A stretch of DNA of 64,000 nt from Planctomycetota bacterium. Its GTDB lineage: Bacteria; Planctomycetota; PLA2; JAEUHO01. Where the stretch lies: NCBI GenBank assembly GCA_965223505.1, contig CBDCWP010000026.1:64001-128000 (forward strand). Reading direction: 5' to 3'. The translations under genes and the position numbers were made by a program. Under the pieces are notes generated by a model. The model worked only from the letters and a program-made list of their open reading frames with translations. It made no database searches and had not been told where the DNA came from. Shown piece by piece: positions 19,807-30,194 of this stretch; within the stretch, counting starts at the first letter, position 1, and each line of letters begins with the position of its first letter.

Positions 19807-22407
19807 ATGAACCTCGACAAGCTGACCATCAAGAGCCAGGAGGCGTTGCGAGACGCCGTCGAGAAGGCGCGCGCGAACGGCAACCCCGAGCTCACCCCCG
19901 AACACCTGCTCTTCGCGTTGCTGACGCAGAGCGACGGTGTCGTGCCGAGCGTGCTCTCGAAGACCGGCACGCCCGTCCAGGACCTGACGACGTTGGTCGA
20001 GCGCGATCTTGCGAGCCTGCCCCGCGTGCAAGGCGGGTCGGAGCCGACGATCGGCAATCGCGTTCGCGACGCGATCCAGAAGGCGACCAAGATCGCCGCG
20101 AAGGGCGGCGAGGAATACGTGTCGACCGAGCATCTGTTGCTCGGCATCTTCGCCGAGGGCAAGGGCTCGGCGTTCGACATGCTGCGCACGCACGGCGCGG
20201 ACGAAGCGGCGATCCGAACGGCGCTCGAGGCGGTCAAGGGCACGCAGAAGGCCGACGACCCCACGCCCGAGGGGCGCTACGGCGCGCTCGACAAGTACAC
20301 GAACGACCTCACGCAGATGGCGCGGGACGGCAAGATCGACCCGGTCATCGGGCGCAACGACGAGATCCGGCGCGTGATGCAGGTGCTCTCGCGCCGCACG
20401 AAGAACAACCCGGTGCTCATCGGTCCACCCGGCGTCGGCAAGACGGCGATCGCGGAGGGCTTGGCGCGGCGCATCGTCGCGGGCGACGTGCCCGAAGCGC
20501 TGAAGTCGTGCCGGCTGCTGGCCATGGACCTCGGCCAGCTGGTCGCGGGCGCCAAGTTCCGCGGCGAGTTCGAGGAGCGCTTGAAGGCGCTGCTCAAGGA
20601 GGTCGAGAGCGCCGGCGGCGACATCGTGCTGTTCATCGACGAGCTGCACACGATCGTCGGCGCGGGCCAGGCCGAAGGGTCGGGCGATGCGGCCAACATG
20701 CTCAAGCCGGCGCTGGCGCGCGGCGATCTTCGCTGCGTCGGCGCGACGACACTGGACGAGTACCGCAAGCACGTGGAGAAGGACAAGGCGCTCGAGCGTC
20801 GGTTCCAGCCCGTGTACGTGGGCGAGCCGAACTTCGAGGAGAGCGTCGCGATCCTGCGCGGCTTGAAGGAGCGCTACGAGGCGCACCACGGCGTGCGCAT
20901 CCAGGACGCGGCGATCGTGGCGGCGGTGCGCCTGTCGACGCGCTACCTGCCGGACCGCAAGCTACCCGACAAGGCGATCGATCTGATCGACGAGGCCGGG
21001 AGCGGGCTGCGGCTGGAGATCGACTCGGTGCCGAAGGCGCTGGACAAGGTCCAGCGCAGCGCCGCGCAGCTCGAGATGGAGCGCTACGCGCTGGTCAAGG
21101 AGCGTGACAAGGCGAGCAAGGAGCGGCTCAAGACACTGGAGAAGGAGCTGGCGGACCTCAAGGAAGAGGAAAAGCGGCTCAAGACCCAGTGGGAGAACGA
21201 ACGCGAGCAGCTCAACGCGGTGCAGAACCTCAAGCAGTCCCTGGAAGACGCGCGCGAGAAGCAGCAGCTCTTGCAGCGCCAGGGTCAGCTCGAGGAGGCG
21301 GCGCGATTGCGGTTCGACGTGATTCCCGGACTCGAGCAGAAGATCGAAGACGCGCAGGAGCGGTTGGCCGAGGAAGGCGACCGCCGGATGCTGCACGAAG
21401 AGGTCAACGAGGAAGCCGTGGCGGAGGTCGTGGCTCGCTGGACCGGAATTCCGGTCACGAAACTCCTGCAGTCCGAGGGCGAGCGGCTCTTGCACATGGA
21501 AGAGCGGCTGCGTGCGCGGGTCGTGGGACAGGACAAGGCACTCGACGCCGTTGCGAACGCGATTCGCCGCAGCCGCACCGGGCTGACCGAAGGCACGCGG
21601 CCGCAGGGCTCGTTCCTGTTCGTAGGTCCGACCGGTGTGGGCAAGACGGAGTTGGCGCGCGCGCTGGCGGAGTTCTTGTTCGACGACGAGCGCGCGATGA
21701 TCCGCATCGACATGTCGGAGTATCAGGAGCGGCACGCCGTCGCGCGTTTGATCGGCGCCCCTCCGGGCTACGTCGGATACGACGAGGGTGGACAGCTCAC
21801 CGAAGCGGTACGCCGGCGTCCCTACAGCGTGGTGCTGCTCGACGAGGTCGAGAAGGCGCACCCCGACGTCTTCAACAGCTTGCTGCAGGTGCTCGACGAC
21901 GGACGGTTGACGGACGGCCAGGGCCGAACGGTCAACTTCACGAACACGGTCATCATCATGACGAGCAACCTGGGCAGCCAGGCGGTTGCCGAGGCCGACC
22001 TGAACGACGAGGCGATCGCGAATCGCATCCACCAGGCGCTGCGCGCGCACTTCCGTCCGGAGTTCCTCAACCGTGTGGACGACACGATCGTGTTCCACCG
22101 GTTGAACAAGGAGCACCTGCGGCAGATCGTGGACATTCAGATCGACCGCCTGACGGTGATGTTGGGCGAGCGCGGGATCTCGCTGACGTTGTCGGACGCG
22201 GCGAAGATGCAGCTGGCGGAAGAAGGGTTCGACCCGATCTTCGGTGCGCGTCCGTTGCGGCGCTTGATTCAGCGGGTCATCCAGGACGGCTTGGCGAAGC
22301 GCATGCTGGAAGGCGACGTGTTGCCGGGCAGCACGGTGCGGGTGGACTTCGCGAACGACGAGTACACGTTCGAGAGCCACAGCGCCGCGCAGCCGGTCGC
22401 GGGCTGA
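19807..22407 (+). CDS. clpB: ATP-dependent disaggregase ClpB
   Basis: Two AAA+ modules ([16 protein letters not shown]), coiled-coil M domain, GARPLRR. Confidence 0.97.
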   Translation: MNLDKLTIKSQEALRDAVEKARANGNPELTPEHLLFALLTQSDGVVPSVLSKTGTPVQDLTTLVERDLASLPRVQGGSEPTIGNRVRDAIQKATKIAAKGGEEYVSTEHLLLGIFAEGKGSAFDMLRTHGADEAAIRTALEAVKGTQKADDPTPEGRYGALDKYTNDLTQMARDGKIDPVIGRNDEIRRVMQVLSRRTKNNPVLIGPPGVGKTAIAEGLARRIVAGDVPEALKSCRLLAMDLGQLVAGAKFRGEFEERLKALLKEVESAGGDIVLFIDELHTIVGAGQAEGSGDAANMLKPALARGDLRCVGATTLDEYRKHVEKDKALERRFQPVYVGEPNFEESVAILRGLKERYEAHHGVRIQDAAIVAAVRLSTRYLPDRKLPDKAIDLIDEAGSGLRLEIDSVPKALDKVQRSAAQLEMERYALVKERDKASKERLKTLEKELADLKEEEKRLKTQWENEREQLNAVQNLKQSLEDAREKQQLLQRQGQLEEAARLRFDVIPGLEQKIEDAQERLAEEGDRRMLHEEVNEEAVAEVVARWTGIPVTKLLQSEGERLLHMEERLRARVVGQDKALDAVANAIRRSRTGLTEGTRPQGSFLFVGPTGVGKTELARALAEFLFDDERAMIRIDMSEYQERHAVARLIGAPPGYVGYDEGGQLTEAVRRRPYSVVLLDEVEKAHPDVFNSLLQVLDDGRLTDGQGRTVNFTNTVIIMTSNLGSQAVAEADLNDEAIANRIHQALRAHFRPEFLNRVDDTIVFHRLNKEHLRQIVDIQIDRLTVMLGERGISLTLSDAAKMQLAEEGFDPIFGARPLRRLIQRVIQDGLAKRMLEGDVLPGSTVRVDFANDEYTFESHSAAQPVAG

Positions 22408-22412
22408 TCCGA

Positions 22413-22498
22413 GTAGGGGCGACCCTTGTGGTCGCCCAAACCTCGTAGGGGCGACCCTCGTGGTCGCCCAATTGGGCAGCCACAAGGGCTGCCCCTAC
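22413..22498. repeat. REP cluster (three units)
   Basis: GTAGGGGCGACCC(T/C)GTGGTCGCCC-type units at 22413 and 22445, inverted unit 22474-22498. Confidence 0.85.
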
Positions 22499-22499
22499 G

Positions 22500-23536
22500 T
22501 GTCATTGCTGAGCAGGTTGTAGACATCCCGGGAATCCCGGAACTTGGGGGTTGCGAAACCCAACCCAAGTCACCGGGAGGCTCCCAGGATGAACCTGCAC
22601 TCTAACGCTCGAACGACGCCGCGAACTCGACTGCTGCTTGTGCAGCGGGTTTTGGAGGAAGGATGGCGCGTTTCGGACGCTGCCGAGGCGATGGGAATCA
22701 GCCGAGGCACGGCCTACAAGTGGCTTGGGCGCTACGAGGCAGAGGGCGAAGGGGGTCTGTCGGATCGCAGTTCGGCGCCGAGTCGAGTGTGGAACCGAAC
22801 GCCGGCGCGATTGGTACGGCGAATCGAGCAGCTACGCCGCAGGAAGCTGATCGGCTGGGCGATCGCAACGCGGCTGCGGATGGCGCTTTCCACCGTGGGT
22901 GGCATCTTGCGGCGGCTGGGACTAGGGCGGCTGAGCGCACTGGAGCCCAAGGAGCCTGTGGTGCGCTATGAGCGCGAGCGTCCGGGCGAGCTGATCCACC
23001 TGGACGTGAAGAAACTGGGGCGCTTCAAGCATCCGGGCAGGCGTGTGGACCCGGATCCGCGTTGCCGCAACCGAGGCCTGGGCTGGGAGTACCTGCACGT
23101 TTGCGTGGACGATCACACGCGCCTGGCATACGCAGAGATCTTGCCCAACGAGCGCGCGGAGTCGGCGGTGGGTTTCCTACAGCGAGTTGCGCACTGGCTA
23201 CACGTTCACGGCGTGCGCGTGGAGCGCGTCATGACGGACAACGCCGCGTCGTACCGCGGCTTCGCCTTCCAGGCCGCGCTCAAGGAGCTGGGAGCTCGCC
23301 ACGTACGCACACGGCCGTATCGGCCCCAGACGAATGGCAAGGCCGAGCGGTTCATCCAAACGACGCTGCGCAAGTGGGCCCACGTGAAGCCCTACCGCAG
23401 CAGCCGCGCTCGAGCCAAGGCCCTCGGGCCTTGGCTCGAGCACTACAACCGACGCAAGCCTCACGCTAGCCTTGGAGGCAAGACCCCCTTCGAGCGGCTT
23501 CAGGCTGCGGTGTAAACAACGTGCTCAGCACTGAGA
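22500..23536 (+). mobile_element. IS481-family insertion sequence with 6-bp target duplication CCTACG
   Basis: Imperfect terminal IRs TGTCATTGCTGAGCAGGTTGT / ACAACGTGCTCAGCACTGAGA; CCTACG at 22494-22499 and 23537-23542. Confidence 0.9.
22589..23515 (+). CDS. IS481 family transposase
   Basis: MNLHSNART, IHLDVKKLG, VMTDN, PQTNGKAERF. Confidence 0.95.
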   Translation: MNLHSNARTTPRTRLLLVQRVLEEGWRVSDAAEAMGISRGTAYKWLGRYEAEGEGGLSDRSSAPSRVWNRTPARLVRRIEQLRRRKLIGWAIATRLRMALSTVGGILRRLGLGRLSALEPKEPVVRYERERPGELIHLDVKKLGRFKHPGRRVDPDPRCRNRGLGWEYLHVCVDDHTRLAYAEILPNERAESAVGFLQRVAHWLHVHGVRVERVMTDNAASYRGFAFQAALKELGARHVRTRPYRPQTNGKAERFIQTTLRKWAHVKPYRSSRARAKALGPWLEHYNRRKPHASLGGKTPFERLQAAV

Positions 23537-23564
23537 CCTACGGGGCTCAATTCGACGCGTCCCT

Positions 23565-23619
23565 GTTGGGGCGACCCTCGTGGTCGCCCAATTTGGGCAG
23601 CCACAAGGGCTGCCCCTAC
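23565..23619. repeat. REP inverted pair
   Basis: Same palindromic unit as the other clusters, ending in CCCCTAC. Confidence 0.8.
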
Positions 23620-23635
23620 CTACCGCGGGTCGTCG

Positions 23636-25585
23636 CTAGCGTCCGAGGGTCAGCGTGACCGTGGAACCGCGGGCAATGCGGGTGCCGGCGGTGACGGACT
23701 GCCGTATGACACGCAGCCCGACTCCACGGACCGCGCGTCCCACGAGACGCACGGACAACCCGAGATTGGTGAGCTGCCGAACCGATGCATCGCGCGACTG
23801 CCCGATGGTGTTCGGCATGGTGACGAAGCGCCCGCTCGCCGGCGGTCCGAAGGTCACGCGGACTTTCGATCCGCGCGCGAGGCGCGAGCCGGCGACGGGG
23901 GTCTGCGTCGCGACGACGTAGCCGACGCGAAGCGGCGACGTCGTGACGTAGGTGAGCGTGAGTCCCTTCTGCGCAAGCGCTTGGCGCGCCGCGCCGAGTC
24001 CCTTGCCGCGCACGTCCGGCACGACGACGAACGCCGCCGCCGCGGGCTCGAACGCGTACCGAAACTCGACGGCGCTGCCGCGCGCGATGCTCGCGCCAGC
24101 GGGTACGGCCTGCGACACGACGCGCGAGGTGCCGGCGCCCAGAGCCGGACCGCGACCTCTGCCGCGAAGGCCGGCGTCGGTCAACAGGTCTTCGGCCTCT
24201 TCGACCGTTCGGCTCATCAAGTTCGGCATGATCGTGGTCTTCGGGATGAACAACTTCACGCGCTCCCCGCCTGCGACGGACGAGCCGGGTGCGGGATCCT
24301 GGGCATAGATCAGTCCGACGGGCCGGTTGGGCGCGAAGCGGCCGACGAGGCGCGCCCTGAGCCCACGCCGAACGATGACCGCGCGCGCCTGAACGAGGTC
24401 CATCCCGCGAACGTCGGGGACCTCGACCTCCACGTTCGCGCCGTCGGGCAGGACCGACGCCACGCTGATCCTGACGATGCTGTCGACGTCGACGTGGACC
24501 CCGAAGTCCGGCGACTGCTCGACGACCGTGCCTTCGGCGAGTGCCGACGCCACGCGTTGGATCTCGACCCGCAGGCCGATGTTCTCGATCATCGCTGCGG
24601 CTTCGGTGGCGTCGATGCCGAACAGGCTCGGCACCTGGATGCGGTCGGCGGGCAGGTCGCGTTTCCAGACGGAGAAGTGCAGGTGCGCGCCGTAGGGGTG
24701 ACGGCTGCCGGGTTGCTCCTGTTGGCTGGCGACGACCATTTCCGGGCGGGTCGCGCCGGGAACGAAGCCGATGTGCGGGACGAAGCCGGCTCGAATCGCA
24801 TCGGCCTGTGCTTCGTACAAGCTCATGCCGACGACGTCGGGCGCGACGATGTAGTCGCTGTCGTCGTCGGGCACGCCGAGATCGCGGGGACCGGCGACGT
24901 CGATGCGAATGCGCTCGCGCGGCATCAGGCTGCTACCGGCGCGAGGCGTTTGCGACAGGACGAGACCGCGCTGTGCCCTGCTCTCGCGAACGAAGCGCAC
25001 GTCGAGAGCAAGCTCGCTGTCGGCCATGAGCGACTCGACCTCGCGCAGGAACTTGCCGACGAGATTGGGAACGCGCACCGGTCTGCGTACGACTTCGATG
25101 CGGAAGCGGCCGCGGTACGGCAGACGCGCGTCCGGACGCGGCGACTGGCGAACGACCTTGCCTTCGAAAGCGGCCATGCCGGTTACGTACTCGACGTCGA
25201 GGACGTACGCCTCGTCGAGCAGCGGTCCGATGTCCTGTTCGTCGCGGCCGCGCACGTCCGGCACGATGGTCTGGATGAGGGGGGCGATCCCGACGTAGAC
25301 GACGACCTCGTCGCCGGCATCGAGTGGTGTGCCGGCCTGCGGGTCTTGGCTGTTGATGACGCCGGGCCGCGGACCGGCGATGGTCAGGACCAGGACGTCG
25401 AGGCCCTGTTGCTCGAGCTGTTCGATGCCGCGGTCGGCGTCTTTGCCCTTGACGTCCGGCATGACGAGGCGAAGCGGTGAGGGTTTGCCCTGGTCGTCGG
25501 CGAGTGCCGGCGCAGCGAACCACGCCGCGCCTGCGAGGAGGAGGACGAAGTACGCGGACGTGCGTGCGACGAGCTTGGAAGGCAT
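23636..25585 (-). CDS. Secreted multi-PASTA domain protein (about 9 repeats)
   Basis: Signal peptide; nine (V/M/A)P(D/N/S)xxG-type starts with V..Q.P..G motifs. Confidence 0.88.
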   Translation of the reverse strand: MPSKLVARTSAYFVLLLAGAAWFAAPALADDQGKPSPLRLVMPDVKGKDADRGIEQLEQQGLDVLVLTIAGPRPGVINSQDPQAGTPLDAGDEVVVYVGIAPLIQTIVPDVRGRDEQDIGPLLDEAYVLDVEYVTGMAAFEGKVVRQSPRPDARLPYRGRFRIEVVRRPVRVPNLVGKFLREVESLMADSELALDVRFVRESRAQRGLVLSQTPRAGSSLMPRERIRIDVAGPRDLGVPDDDSDYIVAPDVVGMSLYEAQADAIRAGFVPHIGFVPGATRPEMVVASQQEQPGSRHPYGAHLHFSVWKRDLPADRIQVPSLFGIDATEAAAMIENIGLRVEIQRVASALAEGTVVEQSPDFGVHVDVDSIVRISVASVLPDGANVEVEVPDVRGMDLVQARAVIVRRGLRARLVGRFAPNRPVGLIYAQDPAPGSSVAGGERVKLFIPKTTIMPNLMSRTVEEAEDLLTDAGLRGRGRGPALGAGTSRVVSQAVPAGASIARGSAVEFRYAFEPAAAAFVVVPDVRGKGLGAARQALAQKGLTLTYVTTSPLRVGYVVATQTPVAGSRLARGSKVRVTFGPPASGRFVTMPNTIGQSRDASVRQLTNLGLSVRLVGRAVRGVGLRVIRQSVTAGTRIARGSTVTLTLGR

Positions 25586-25633
25586 GGTGCGGCTCCTTGG
25601 GAACGAGGGGGCGGATTGAATACACGCCGCAGC

Positions 25634-25648
25634 GCAAAGCGCAGGCCA
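25634..25648 (-). promoter_or_regulatory. Putative sigma-54 promoter of the PASTA gene
   Basis: TGGCCT-N5-TTGC on minus strand about 50 bp upstream of ATG; TGCA-containing repeats near 25722-25741. Confidence 0.4.
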
Positions 25649-25903
25649 TATGGCGCGGGTCTTCTCGTCGCCTGCGAGGCGGGCCGGTCGGGAACCGCAG
25701 CGAATGGGGGTCGCCGGGAGGGTGCAAAAGCGGTGCAATTGCGGCGCTTCCGCAGGCTGCGTCCCCGTCCGGAGACGCCGTTCTGGGACGCCGGGACGCT
25801 GCGAGCCGGACGCCGGAGCGGCCACCAGCGCAGACGGCAGACCGCTCCCCAGGCCTCTCCCCTGGGGCCCCCCAAGTTGACATCGCGCGAAGCCGGCCGG
25901 TGG

Positions 25904-26695
25904 TTACGCGAGGCGAAGAAGAAGATCCTCGCCGTCGTAGCAAACCGCCTCGTAGCCAAGCGCCCTCCGAAGATCGACGTCACGCACGCCCACGTGCCCG
26001 ATGTGGGTGAACGCGACGTGCCGCGCCCCCAGATCGGCAGCGATCCGAGCCACGCGATCCGTCCCGGGATGCCCGTAGCCGCCCGCCCCCACGTAGGTCC
26101 CGTCGCCGACGAACCAGTCGACGCCGAGCAACAGCTCCGTCGGTGCGACGGCACGCTCCCCCATGTCCGTCGCGTAGGCAATGCGCCCCTCGTCCGTCGT
26201 GATCAGCACGCCGGTCGTGTCGAAGGCGTCCCGATGCCCACACTCGAACCCCTCGAGGCGCATCGACGGATACGCGAGGTGAACGCCCGTTCCCCAGCGC
26301 TCGAAACGGATCTTCGGCTCCTTGCGCGAGAGATGCGGGAACGCCTCGCAAATGCGCGCGGCGTGCACATCGTCCGCGTGCACCACCAACGGCTCGCTCC
26401 GCTGGACGACCCTCACGAGGTCATCCAGGCCCAGAAAGTGATCCGGATGCGTGTGTGTGATCAGGACGCGATCCACGCGCGGTGCGAGCTGCTCGCGCTC
26501 GAGCTGATGCAGGATGTCGGGCCCCACGTCGACGAGCACGATCTCTTCGCCGGTATCGATCCGCAACGAGCTGCGCGTTCGACGAAGCGCCGGAGCGTCG
26601 CGCGCCTCCGTGCACTGCTCGCAACGGCAGCCGGGGCGCGGAATCGGCCACGCCGCGGAGGTGCCGAGCAGTCGCGCTTCCATCCGGTTTCCCAT
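25904..26695 (-). CDS. MBL-fold metallo-hydrolase (PhnP-like)
   Basis: LGTS..WPIP..GCRCEQC, THTHPDHFLG, YATD, THIGH. Confidence 0.88.
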   Translation of the reverse strand: MGNRMEARLLGTSAAWPIPRPGCRCEQCTEARDAPALRRTRSSLRIDTGEEIVLVDVGPDILHQLEREQLAPRVDRVLITHTHPDHFLGLDDLVRVVQRSEPLVVHADDVHAARICEAFPHLSRKEPKIRFERWGTGVHLAYPSMRLEGFECGHRDAFDTTGVLITTDEGRIAYATDMGERAVAPTELLLGVDWFVGDGTYVGAGGYGHPGTDRVARIAADLGARHVAFTHIGHVGVRDVDLRRALGYEAVCYDGEDLLLRLA

Positions 26696-26782
26696 TGTCG
26701 CCCTTGACGCAACGACGCGCTCTCACGTACATCGGCGTTAGGGAGGGGCGCGGGCAGCGTATCCGACGGCGGCCGTGCCGCG

Positions 26783-27553
26783 ATGATGCGTTGGTCCTCG
26801 CTATCGGGGGCCACGGAGACCCTCGTGGCGCCCCCCACCGCACATCGATCCGCCGGGCGGTTGATCCGCTCCCCCTTCTCGCTCCTCGTCGGCGACAACG
26901 TCGACGATCGGCGCGGCCTCGACGCCCTCGTCGAGTGCGCCCGTCAAGGCAGCGCCGACGCCTTCCGCACCGTCACCGAGCGCATGGGCCCCATGCTCAT
27001 GCGGTACGTGCGCGGCTATCTCAACGGCGACCTCGACACCGCCGACGACGTCGTCCAGGACACCTTCGTCGCCGCCTGGAACAACCTCGACCACATCAAC
27101 GACGGCAACCACCTGCGTCCGTGGCTCTTTCGCGTGGCCAGGAACAAAGCCATCACCTGGCTGCGACGCCGCGGCCCAGGCCGGCGCCCGATGGCGTCGA
27201 TCGACGGCGTACGCGCCCGCCGCGGCTTCGAGATCGCCGACGCTGCCCAGCCGGACCCGGCCGAGCCCGACGACGCGGACTGGGTGCCCGAGTTCGCGCT
27301 CGCCGCCCTTCGACGAGCGCTCGACGACCTGCCGGACAACTACGCGCCCGTCGTACGGCTCCACTACCTGCGCGGCCACAGCTCGCGCGAGGTCGCCGAC
27401 CTGCTCGACCTCCCCCACACGACCGTGAAGATGCGCCTTCACCGCGCGCGCAACTTCCTGCGCCATCGCATGCTCGCGCACGCCGAAGCACTCTGCCGGG
27501 AGGAGTCGAACGCGCTGATCGAGAAACTCTCCCAGGGGAGGCAAACGGAGTGA
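26783..27553 (+). CDS. ECF sigma factor (start uncertain)
   Basis: DDVVQDTF, WLFRVARN, region 4 EVADLL...TVKMRLHRAR. Confidence 0.9.
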   Translation: MMRWSSLSGATETLVAPPTAHRSAGRLIRSPFSLLVGDNVDDRRGLDALVECARQGSADAFRTVTERMGPMLMRYVRGYLNGDLDTADDVVQDTFVAAWNNLDHINDGNHLRPWLFRVARNKAITWLRRRGPGRRPMASIDGVRARRGFEIADAAQPDPAEPDDADWVPEFALAALRRALDDLPDNYAPVVRLHYLRGHSSREVADLLDLPHTTVKMRLHRARNFLRHRMLAHAEALCREESNALIEKLSQGRQTE

Positions 27554-28464
27554 AACGACGCCTGCCGACACACGCCGATCTGGAGCGGTGGCTCGCAATG
27601 CTCCGCGAAGAACGCGAGGCGCTGCGAAGGCAAGCCCGCGGCGTCGCCGATCGCGTGCATCGACGAATCACGTCGAAGGGATCCGACGGTTCGCGCGACC
27701 GGGTCCGCGAGCGGCGCACGACGTTCAGCACAGCGGCGATCCTGTTGTTCGCCCTGTGCGCCAACATGATGGCCCCCCGCTCGACGGTGCCGACATCCAC
27801 GCTCTCCGACGCGTCCGCCGGCCCGGTCGAGGCCAAAGAGCGACTCGAGCACGCGAAGGCGTTCTCGATCGGGAAACACTGGCTGGTGCAGGCCGATGCG
27901 TACCAAGACGTCGCGCGCATGACGAACCGCTCGGACCCCACACGCCAAGGCGCTCTGAAGGCAATGGCGCGTTCGTATCGGAAGGGCGGACGCGCGCACG
28001 GAGCGCTCGCTGCCTTGCGCCACGTGGCGTCGTACGGCCCCAAGCGTGACGCCTCGCGACTGCGCGCGCTCCTTGCGTACGCGAGCGCGCTGCGCGCCGA
28101 GCACGACCTCGACGCGGCGCGGGCGGTCGCGGAGGCGGTCGCTTCGTTGTCGGGCTCGGTGGAGCCCGCCATCACGGCCAAGGCGCTGGCGCTGCTGGCC
28201 GACGACGCGCACGAGCGGGGTGCCGCGCAGCGGCTCGAGGCGTTGCTTCGCGCCATGGACGAAGTCGACGCGCCTGCCGACACACGCATCCGCCTATTGG
28301 GCCGGCTGGGTGAGCTGTATCTTGGGCGCGAGGACGTCAGTGCCGCGCGCAAGGCGCTGCTTCGCGCGAAGACGCTGTATCAGGAGATTGCGAAGCAAGA
28401 CAATCAGGCCGCGCGCAAGGCGACGAAGGTCTGGATGGACCTGCCGCTTCGCAAGCAGCTGTGA
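27550..28464 (+). CDS. Membrane-anchored helical-repeat protein, possible anti-sigma factor
   Basis: GTG overlaps sigma stop; one hydrophobic segment then Ala-rich TPR-like helices. Confidence 0.55.
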   Translation: MKRRLPTHADLERWLAMLREEREALRRQARGVADRVHRRITSKGSDGSRDRVRERRTTFSTAAILLFALCANMMAPRSTVPTSTLSDASAGPVEAKERLEHAKAFSIGKHWLVQADAYQDVARMTNRSDPTRQGALKAMARSYRKGGRAHGALAALRHVASYGPKRDASRLRALLAYASALRAEHDLDAARAVAEAVASLSGSVEPAITAKALALLADDAHERGAAQRLEALLRAMDEVDAPADTRIRLLGRLGELYLGREDVSAARKALLRAKTLYQEIAKQDNQAARKATKVWMDLPLRKQL

Positions 28465-28475
28465 GCGGGCAACGG

Positions 28476-28508
28476 AAAAGGGCGCGGCCCCTTCCGAGGC
28501 CGCGCCCT
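28476..28508 (-). terminator. Intrinsic terminator between convergent genes
   Basis: AGGGCGCGGCC/GGCCGCGCCCT stem with T-run on minus strand. Confidence 0.7.
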
Positions 28509-28525
28509 CGAGCCCAGCGGTCCAC

Positions 28526-30151
28526 CTACCGCGAACGAAGCGTCTCAATCATTTCTTCGAACCCCTCTTCCGTGATGGGCTCCATCTGTTTCGAGGCGAG
28601 CATCTCCGCCTGCTCCTCGGCGGGCGCGGCCATGAAGTCGCTGACGGCGAAGCCGTACGCCGTGATGTACGACCACTTCGCGTCGACGAGCCCCGCGCCG
28701 GTTGCCTTGTCCGGTCCCGGCCCGGCAGGATCGCCCATGGCGCTTTGGCCGGTCGTGACATCCCGTGCCCACTTCATGAGGATGTCCTTCACCTTCTTCG
28801 GCGCGAGCTTCTTCTTCTGCAACAGCAGCGCCACGACGCCCGCGATCTGCGGGCAGGAAGCGGACGTGCCGCTGAACAGCCCCCAGCCGTCGGTCGAGGA
28901 GCCCGTGTTCGGGAAGTCGAGCGACGCACCGGACTCCACAGGCAGCATGATGCTCGGCGCGCCGCTGGGCGGCGTGTTGCCGACCAGGCCGCAGACGTCG
29001 GGCACGTGCCGGCCGGGGTACAGGTTGCTGTCGAAGCTGCTGGCGTAGTTGGACGCCTCGAAGGTCAGACTCGGGTAGTTGACGTGCACACCGCCTACGG
29101 CGATCACGTCCGGGTGGCACGCGGGGAACGCGCGGTGGCCGTTGCCACCGGAGAAGCACACGACGATGCCCTTGCTCACGGCATTGGCGACGGCCGCCTC
29201 GAGCGCCTTGAGATACGGGCTCAGCGTCACGCCGGGGAAATCGATGTGATAGCCCCAGCTGTTCGTGATCACGTGCGGCTTGAGTGCGACCGCTGCGTTG
29301 AACGCGCCGACGGTATCCCCGGCCATCTTCACGGGCAGCAGGCTGGCATCCGGCGCCGAGCTGAACACGTTTGCCGACTCGCCGGTGCCGTGGCCGTTGC
29401 TGTCGCTCTTGGGATTCGACGCGCCGGGGCCGAGCACGGTGGGTGCGACGCGGTATCCGTGCTCGATGAAGAACGGATGGCGATAGTGCCCCGAGTCGAT
29501 CATGGCGACGCGAATGCCGCGCCCCGTGGTGCCCAGGCGATGGACGCGCGCGGCGCGAAGCAGTACGGCGATCTCATCGGGCGCGAACAGGTAGCGGTAG
29601 CCACCCGAGGGGATGGGCGCCAGCGGCGGGAGGAACGCTTCGACGCCGCCCGCCAGGGTGGCGGCGCCGTTACCGGCCTCGGCCTCGAGGTGGTCGGGCA
29701 CGGTCACCTCGGCCGGGGGCTCGCCTGTGGAGACGGCGGTCCCGAACAGGATGGCCGGTTCGGCGAGCGCAACGCCTTCGATCAGTCCTTGAAGCCGGGA
29801 CGGCGGTTCGACCAGCTGGTCGGGGCCCTTCCCGGGCAGCGCAAAGTACGACTCCTTGCGTTCGGCGGAGATTTCCTTCTTCTTGCGCTTGAGCTTCTTG
29901 TTGAACGTGTCTTCGAAGAGCTTGCGTGACCCCCGAATGGAGATCGTGGTGTCGTCCTCGGCCGGCTCGAACACCTCGAATCCGATCGAGCGCAGCTCAC
30001 GAACGGCGTTGTTCATCACATCGCACTCGGAGCGGAAGGCATCGACGTTGCCTTCGTTGATGGTTCCTTCGTGTCGGAACAGTGACGTTCCGCCGATGGA
30101 GCGCGGCGACACGGTCGCCTGCACGACGTTCTTGTTGTTGGGAGGGCTCAT
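28526..30151 (-). CDS. S8 (subtilisin-like) serine peptidase with N-terminal prodomain
   Basis: IDSG (Asp), HGT (His), SGTSAS.P..AG (Ser), SGGN oxyanion. Confidence 0.9.
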   Translation of the reverse strand: MSPPNNKNVVQATVSPRSIGGTSLFRHEGTINEGNVDAFRSECDVMNNAVRELRSIGFEVFEPAEDDTTISIRGSRKLFEDTFNKKLKRKKKEISAERKESYFALPGKGPDQLVEPPSRLQGLIEGVALAEPAILFGTAVSTGEPPAEVTVPDHLEAEAGNGAATLAGGVEAFLPPLAPIPSGGYRYLFAPDEIAVLLRAARVHRLGTTGRGIRVAMIDSGHYRHPFFIEHGYRVAPTVLGPGASNPKSDSNGHGTGESANVFSSAPDASLLPVKMAGDTVGAFNAAVALKPHVITNSWGYHIDFPGVTLSPYLKALEAAVANAVSKGIVVCFSGGNGHRAFPACHPDVIAVGGVHVNYPSLTFEASNYASSFDSNLYPGRHVPDVCGLVGNTPPSGAPSIMLPVESGASLDFPNTGSSTDGWGLFSGTSASCPQIAGVVALLLQKKKLAPKKVKDILMKWARDVTTGQSAMGDPAGPGPDKATGAGLVDAKWSYITAYGFAVSDFMAAPAEEQAEMLASKQMEPITEEGFEEMIETLRSR

Positions 30152-30194
30152 CTGTGTTTTCTCCTAGGTTTCACTTTCATTTGTGTAGTGGGGA

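Noticed and set aside
16902..20264. 1120-aa minus-strand ORF and similar long shadow ORFs (e.g. 1606-3672, 1815-4286, 10373-12112)
   Set aside because: Overlap well-supported genes antisense or out of frame; expected in high-GC DNA; no motifs recognised
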